A stretch of 64,000 bases of DNA from Bacteroidales bacterium. Its GTDB lineage: Bacteria; Bacteroidota; Bacteroidia; Bacteroidales; UBA4181. The stretch is from assembly GCA_031547085.1 (NCBI GenBank), contig JAVBSH010000064.1:7707-71706 (forward strand), given 5' to 3'. Positions within the stretch are counted from its first letter, which is position 1, and each line of letters starts with the position of its first letter. This document shows, in pieces, positions 59,478 to 64,000 of this stretch. Both the position numbers and the translations under genes were made by a program. The notes below the pieces were generated by a model. The model made no database searches. It was not told the DNA's origin and worked only from the letters and a program-made list of their open reading frames with translations.

Positions 59478-60239
59478 ATGAAATACCTGAAAAAAATCAT
59501 TTTCCGATCAGTTAGCCTTGAAAGCTACCTAAGGGTGCTTCAATGGGGATTCTTTTTCCTGTATCATACGAAGTTGCTGAAACTAAGCGAGAATTATTCT
59601 TTTCATTATTTTGCAAAGAAAATAATACGTAAAGGTGATGTAATTATTGATATTGGTGCAAACCTGGGATATTATTCATTACTTTTCGCCAGATGGACAG
59701 GAAAAACGGGAGCTATCCATGCCGTTGAACCAATAGGGATTTTTAACCGGGTTTTTAACAAAAGGGCCGGCAGGTACGAGCATATCCGGTTGTATCCTTT
59801 TGCCCTTGGTGCGGAAGAAAAAATGGTTGATCTGGTTTCTCCATCACATACAGGTTATTTACGCACCGGGCTTCTGCATATATACGATCAACAGAAAGAT
59901 GGAGTAATTGAAAATGCTGAATTTCATTTTAAAGCACAAATGAAAAAACCATTTGAACTGTTTGGCTCATTGGACAGGATTGATTACATCAAGTGCGATG
60001 TGGAAGGGTTTGAGTACATTGTTCTTTCGGAAATGAAAGAAATTATTGGCAGGCATAAACCCAAAATACAAGTCGAAATCGGGAAAGAAAATGAGAAGGA
60101 AATAAATGGAATGTTTCAGGACATGGGATATATTCCCTATCGATTGATTAATAACCGGTTAATTTCTCCCGAAAACTGTCCGGATGGTACAAGAGGCGAT
60201 TATCTTTTTTTACACAGTCAACATGTAAGCATGAATTGA
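59478..60239 (+). CDS. FkbM family methyltransferase
   Basis: IDIGANLGYYS, AVEP, IKCDVEGFE. Confidence 0.9.
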   Translation: MKYLKKIIFRSVSLESYLRVLQWGFFFLYHTKLLKLSENYSFHYFAKKIIRKGDVIIDIGANLGYYSLLFARWTGKTGAIHAVEPIGIFNRVFNKRAGRYEHIRLYPFALGAEEKMVDLVSPSHTGYLRTGLLHIYDQQKDGVIENAEFHFKAQMKKPFELFGSLDRIDYIKCDVEGFEYIVLSEMKEIIGRHKPKIQVEIGKENEKEINGMFQDMGYIPYRLINNRLISPENCPDGTRGDYLFLHSQHVSMN

Positions 60240-60275
60240 TTATATTTTGTATATTTGGGAATACAAAAAGCAGTG

Positions 60276-61277
60276 ATGATGGACGATATACCATACGATT
60301 TATTGATCAGATATAGCCGCAAACAAGCCACGCAGGACGAGATCATGCAGGTTGAACAATGGCTTTCGGATGATGGTCATCTTTCGCTCTATCTGGATTT
60401 AAAAAAAGAGTGGACGTATATTGATGACCTTTCGACAGTGACGCCTGATAAAAACCGGGTTTGGCAAAAAATACAAGCAAATACCGGCAAGCAACGTCCA
60501 AAAGAAGGAACAAGGCAATTGCTCCTGTTTAAATCAGTAGCAGCGGCATCGGTGGCATTGGCTATTATTTCAATTGCTTTTTACATGCTTCGTATGCAAA
60601 GGGATCAAATTCAACCACTGCAATATACGACTATAAGCACCCGGGCTAACGAAAAATCGAAAGTGGAACTGGCCGATGGAACTGTTGTATGGCTCAATTT
60701 AAAATCCCACATAATTTTCGACAACCAATACAATATTGAGCAACGTGAAGTTACGGCAGATGGCGAATTGTTTTTTGATGTAAAACCTTCAAACAGGAAA
60801 TTTGTCGTTCATGCAGGCGGTATCAAAATCGAAGTGTTGGGTACATCATTCAATATCAAAACATCCGGCGTTGACGGCCACATTGACATATCGCTGGTGA
60901 AGGGAAAAATTGTTGTTCGCAGCAAAAAGGATAACGAGCGACTGTTCACGATGGATTCGTTGCAACATGCCACCATCAATAAATCCGACCTGAGCCATAC
61001 ACTACTTCCGAGCAATACCTCGAATTGTAATGCCTGGACAAGGGAAAGTCTACCGATGTATAATGAGCCATTGGGCAATATCATTAATAAACTGGAAAGT
61101 TGGTACGGGGTTACCATCGACATAACAGGTCTGGATCTCGATAAACGCTATACATTCGATTTGCAAAATGAGACAGTTAATGATTTTTTAGAGCTTTTTG
61201 CGACAATAACACCTATAGAATATGATATTGAAGGGAAAAAAATCAGTATCCGATCAAAAGTTCCCACAAGCCAATAA
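60276..61277 (+). CDS. FecR family anti-sigma factor
   Basis: TM, LADGTVVWLN, GELFFDV, IEVLGTSFNI, LESWYGVTI. Confidence 0.9.
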   Translation: MMDDIPYDLLIRYSRKQATQDEIMQVEQWLSDDGHLSLYLDLKKEWTYIDDLSTVTPDKNRVWQKIQANTGKQRPKEGTRQLLLFKSVAAASVALAIISIAFYMLRMQRDQIQPLQYTTISTRANEKSKVELADGTVVWLNLKSHIIFDNQYNIEQREVTADGELFFDVKPSNRKFVVHAGGIKIEVLGTSFNIKTSGVDGHIDISLVKGKIVVRSKKDNERLFTMDSLQHATINKSDLSHTLLPSNTSNCNAWTRESLPMYNEPLGNIINKLESWYGVTIDITGLDLDKRYTFDLQNETVNDFLELFATITPIEYDIEGKKISIRSKVPTSQ

Positions 61278-61283
61278 GATCCG

Positions 61284-62297
61284 ATGAAATTTCTTTTAAC
61301 AACATTTGTATTCATGGGTATTGCGATTTCGATGCAAGCACAGACCGATATACAATTTAACGGATCTCTAAAGGAATTGTTGGTGATGCTGCAACGTAAA
61401 TATGGATATAAATTCATGTATAGCAATGATGATATAAATGATCAGCAAAAGATAGAAGTAGGTATAACAAGTGCAGAAACAGAAGAGTCATTAGCTAAAA
61501 TGTTCAAGCAGATAAAAATACATTGCGAAATCAAAAATAGGCAGGTTACATTAAAACCAGAAAAACCTGTCGACTCAGAGGTATTGCCGCCACCATCGAA
61601 TCCGGCAGCGTCCATTGATTCGGTTGCAATACTTCCGGATTCTCGACACCCGATAGAACCGATAACGTCGCTCGATCCTTTAAAACCTCTAACGCCCGAT
61701 TTCCTGCATGCATATGAATCAAAAATGGCATCCATTTCCCGAAAAAGTGATGATGAGGAAAAAACAGCTAACCAAATGGCAGAGCTGGATATGGTTGTTC
61801 ACAAGTCACCAAGAAAAGTACCGGTATGGGCAGTGCACAGTAACCTGTTATACGATTTGGCACTGACACCCAACATGGGGATAGAATGCAGAATCGGATA
61901 TGCAAGCATTATTGTAAACGGGTATTGGGCGCATATCGATTGGGATGCAGGGAACAAGACCTATCGTTTATGGGCAGTTAGCCCCGAACTTCGTTTTTAT
62001 ATGCCGGAAAGTAAACGGTTTTATGCGGGAGCAATGTTTCAAAAAGGTGAATTGAATTTGAAACTGAACCAAACCGGCCGCCAAGGTTATTTTATTGGAG
62101 GGGGGCTTACATTGGGATACCTGGCAAACCTGGGCAACCGAACAAAATTGGATTTGAGCGTAGGATTAGGCTATGTCAATTACGAGTATGATTCCTACCA
62201 ATATATTGATCGTATGAATATCAGGACAGGTTCGGATAAAACAAATTGGTGGGGGATAACCAAAATCGGGATAATCTTCGTTTGGATAATAAATTGA
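61284..62297 (+). CDS. STN-like N-terminal domain + Pro-rich linker + DUF3575 outer-membrane barrel
   Basis: SLKELL..LQRKYGYKFMYS (STN-like); WAVHSNLLYDLALTPNMGIE, PELRFY, SVGLGY, WWGITK. Confidence 0.75.
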   Translation: MKFLLTTFVFMGIAISMQAQTDIQFNGSLKELLVMLQRKYGYKFMYSNDDINDQQKIEVGITSAETEESLAKMFKQIKIHCEIKNRQVTLKPEKPVDSEVLPPPSNPAASIDSVAILPDSRHPIEPITSLDPLKPLTPDFLHAYESKMASISRKSDDEEKTANQMAELDMVVHKSPRKVPVWAVHSNLLYDLALTPNMGIECRIGYASIIVNGYWAHIDWDAGNKTYRLWAVSPELRFYMPESKRFYAGAMFQKGELNLKLNQTGRQGYFIGGGLTLGYLANLGNRTKLDLSVGLGYVNYEYDSYQYIDRMNIRTGSDKTNWWGITKIGIIFVWIIN

Positions 62298-63017
62298 TTG
62301 ATCATGAAAACATTATTACACATATTGCTATTGTCAATATTAGCCGTGTCATGTGTACAGAAAACTTTGTATGATCCGGATATAGCGAAAGTCGTAGTAA
62401 AAGTCAACTGGGATAAAATGAACGAAGCCGACAGCCCGGATATTATCACTGTCCAACTTGCCGGAAAAAGCATCACGACAACCCGTGATCATCAACCGGA
62501 TACCATACTTATATCCTCCGGAAACCATGATGTATATGCATTCAACACACCGTCCGGCATAGCTATTGAAAATGGGGTTGCAAACATAGGTGTCGACAAA
62601 GATGGAAAATTTTTACCTTGCGCAGAAGTCTTTTATTCGGCATTTGGCGAAATATCGGCCAACAGGCAACAAGTGACAGTAGTGGAATTAACACCTGAAA
62701 GACAAATGCGCCAGCTTGTTTTGGCAATTGCCCCGTCCAGGGATACCATTATGTTAATGACCGGCACACTAAGCAGTGTAGCCCAATCATTCGACATACA
62801 AGCCGCAAAAGAAGAAAATGCCGGAACAGTAATTCTAAGCTTCATTAATGACACTTGTTATATCAATTTATTCGGAATTGTAGGCAGCAGTCAAAGCATT
62901 TTGCTAAACATAGTAACCAACCGTTTGGTGAAGGAAGCAAATATCGATTTGAGCGAAGCGCTTTCAGGTTTTAACATCGATAAATCGCAACCCAAAGCAT
63001 TGATGATCGTACCATGA
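62298..63017 (+). CDS. Lipoprotein, FimB/Mfa2/DUF5119-like
   Basis: Lipobox LAVSC, then VVVKVNW; beta-rich; adjacent to DUF3575. Confidence 0.6.
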   Translation: MIMKTLLHILLLSILAVSCVQKTLYDPDIAKVVVKVNWDKMNEADSPDIITVQLAGKSITTTRDHQPDTILISSGNHDVYAFNTPSGIAIENGVANIGVDKDGKFLPCAEVFYSAFGEISANRQQVTVVELTPERQMRQLVLAIAPSRDTIMLMTGTLSSVAQSFDIQAAKEENAGTVILSFINDTCYINLFGIVGSSQSILLNIVTNRLVKEANIDLSEALSGFNIDKSQPKALMIVP

Positions 63018-63526
63018 AAATAGATGAGAAGGGTTTCCGGGAGATATTTGAGGCCTATTTCGAACCGATATGTCGGTTCCTTAACCTGTATACCAAAAAC
63101 GAGAGCGTTATCGAAGATATCATACAGGAAATCTTTTGCAATTTATGGATCAACAGAGACGTCCTGCAAATCAAACATCTAAAGTCGTACCTGTATACTT
63201 CGGCACGAAACCGGATGCTCAATTATGTCCGTGATGAAAAACTTCATGCCGCTATTCTCGCCTCTTATCTTTTGGAAGAAAAAGAACTACATGATGCATA
63301 CGAATGTGTCGACCAGGAGGAATTCAATAAGAAACTGGAAGGAGCCATCGAAGAATTACCGGCTAAGTGTAAGAATGTTTTCAAAATGAGTCGGTACAAT
63401 AATATGACTTACAAACAAATTGCAGCTAAAGAAGGAATTTCCGAAAAGATGGTAGAAAAGCATATTGCAGTGGCCATGAAAAAAATCAAAGAAAAAATCA
63501 TCAATAAGCCTTTCATCATTTTATGA
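63014..63526 (+). CDS. ECF sigma-70 factor
   Basis: EDIIQEIF..W, SYLYTSARNR, LPAKCKNVF, YKQIA..GISEKMVEKH. Confidence 0.92.
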   Translation: MKIDEKGFREIFEAYFEPICRFLNLYTKNESVIEDIIQEIFCNLWINRDVLQIKHLKSYLYTSARNRMLNYVRDEKLHAAILASYLLEEKELHDAYECVDQEEFNKKLEGAIEELPAKCKNVFKMSRYNNMTYKQIAAKEGISEKMVEKHIAVAMKKIKEKIINKPFIIL

Positions 63527-63638
63527 ATTTATTATCCGCTCATAAAATGCCTGCGTTGATCTTTATATTGACAAAAGGAGAAATTACTTATCCTGTTTTT
63601 TACTACTTTTGACCTTCAATTCGTTAATCCACACTTCC

Positions 63639-64000
63639 ATGAAGATCAAAGACCTGTTTCTATGCATTGTCTTAACCATTGTATCGTGTACTACTACAAT
63701 ACCCGATAAGTTACTCGACGAGGGCGTAAGTTGTGAATTGGCCCAATTCCGGAAAGAAAATTATACGGATATCCGTTATTTGCTTGGGTTTTCGATCCCG
63801 GAAAACAAGCAGGATTCGATCAATGCCTTTGTCTATATATACCTGACCCTTGAAGAACCTACACCTATCATTCTTGACTTTACGGGAAATGCAGGAGGCA
63901 TCCAAAAATTGACTATCAACCACCGACCAGTAAAATATACAGTTGAAAACCAACATATCATTATTCCCGGAAAGGATACTTCGCCGGGGTCAAATGTTGT
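63639..64000 (+). CDS. Probable M1 aminopeptidase lipoprotein, partial (runs off the window)
   Basis: Own translation: MKIKDLFLCIVLTIVSC..EGVSCELAQFRK..Y.LGFSIP..IILDF; TACTTTTG box at 63604; catalytic motifs not in the window. Confidence 0.6.
   Translation, partial: MKIKDLFLCIVLTIVSCTTTIPDKLLDEGVSCELAQFRKENYTDIRYLLGFSIPENKQDSINAFVYIYLTLEEPTPIILDFTGNAGGIQKLTINHRPVKYTVENQHIIIPGKDTSPGSNV

Noticed and set aside
63711..63956. 81-aa minus-strand ORF
   Set aside because: Opposite the open plus-strand lipoprotein frame starting at 63639

Overview
Bacteroidota (probably Bacteroidales-like) chromosomal window. This is inferred from TAnnTTTG -7 promoter boxes, a T9SS C-terminal-domain protein, DUF3575/DUF4301-type genes and a FecR/ECF pair. 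Left to right: (1) the 3' part of an operon with two large signal-less uncharacterised proteins (1621 and 481 aa), followed by a phage-type lysis cassette (two coiled-coil spanin-like proteins, a PG-binding amidase endolysin, two holin-like proteins), with no phage genes in view; (2) two tandem YfiR + TonB-dependent receptor pairs downstream of a HAMP-GAF-PAS membrane sensor that has no output domain; (3) kdpABC-kdpDE; (4) two arylsulfatases; (5) an atypical Hsp70 module with a GrpE-like protein and two tail-anchored paralogues; (6) an integron-cassette-like AT-rich insert; (7) purB, an AAA-nuclease, an M64 peptidase, an MsbA-like ABC transporter, MazG and mutS2; (8) a frameshifted SpvB/FG-GAP/Rhs toxin plus a T9SS-CTD protein, bracketed by a 259-bp duplication of the mutS2 3' end and followed by attC-like cassettes sharing a leader; (9) housekeeping genes, an internally deleted BamA/TamA-like gene, and a FecR / STN-DUF3575 / lipoprotein / ECF sigma module. 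Many small palindromic and tandem repeat elements lie between genes. No rRNA, tRNA or CRISPR array was seen. Best candidate for a new system: the large-protein + lysis-cassette operon at 28-8889. All family assignments are from motif recognition by eye; no searches were run.
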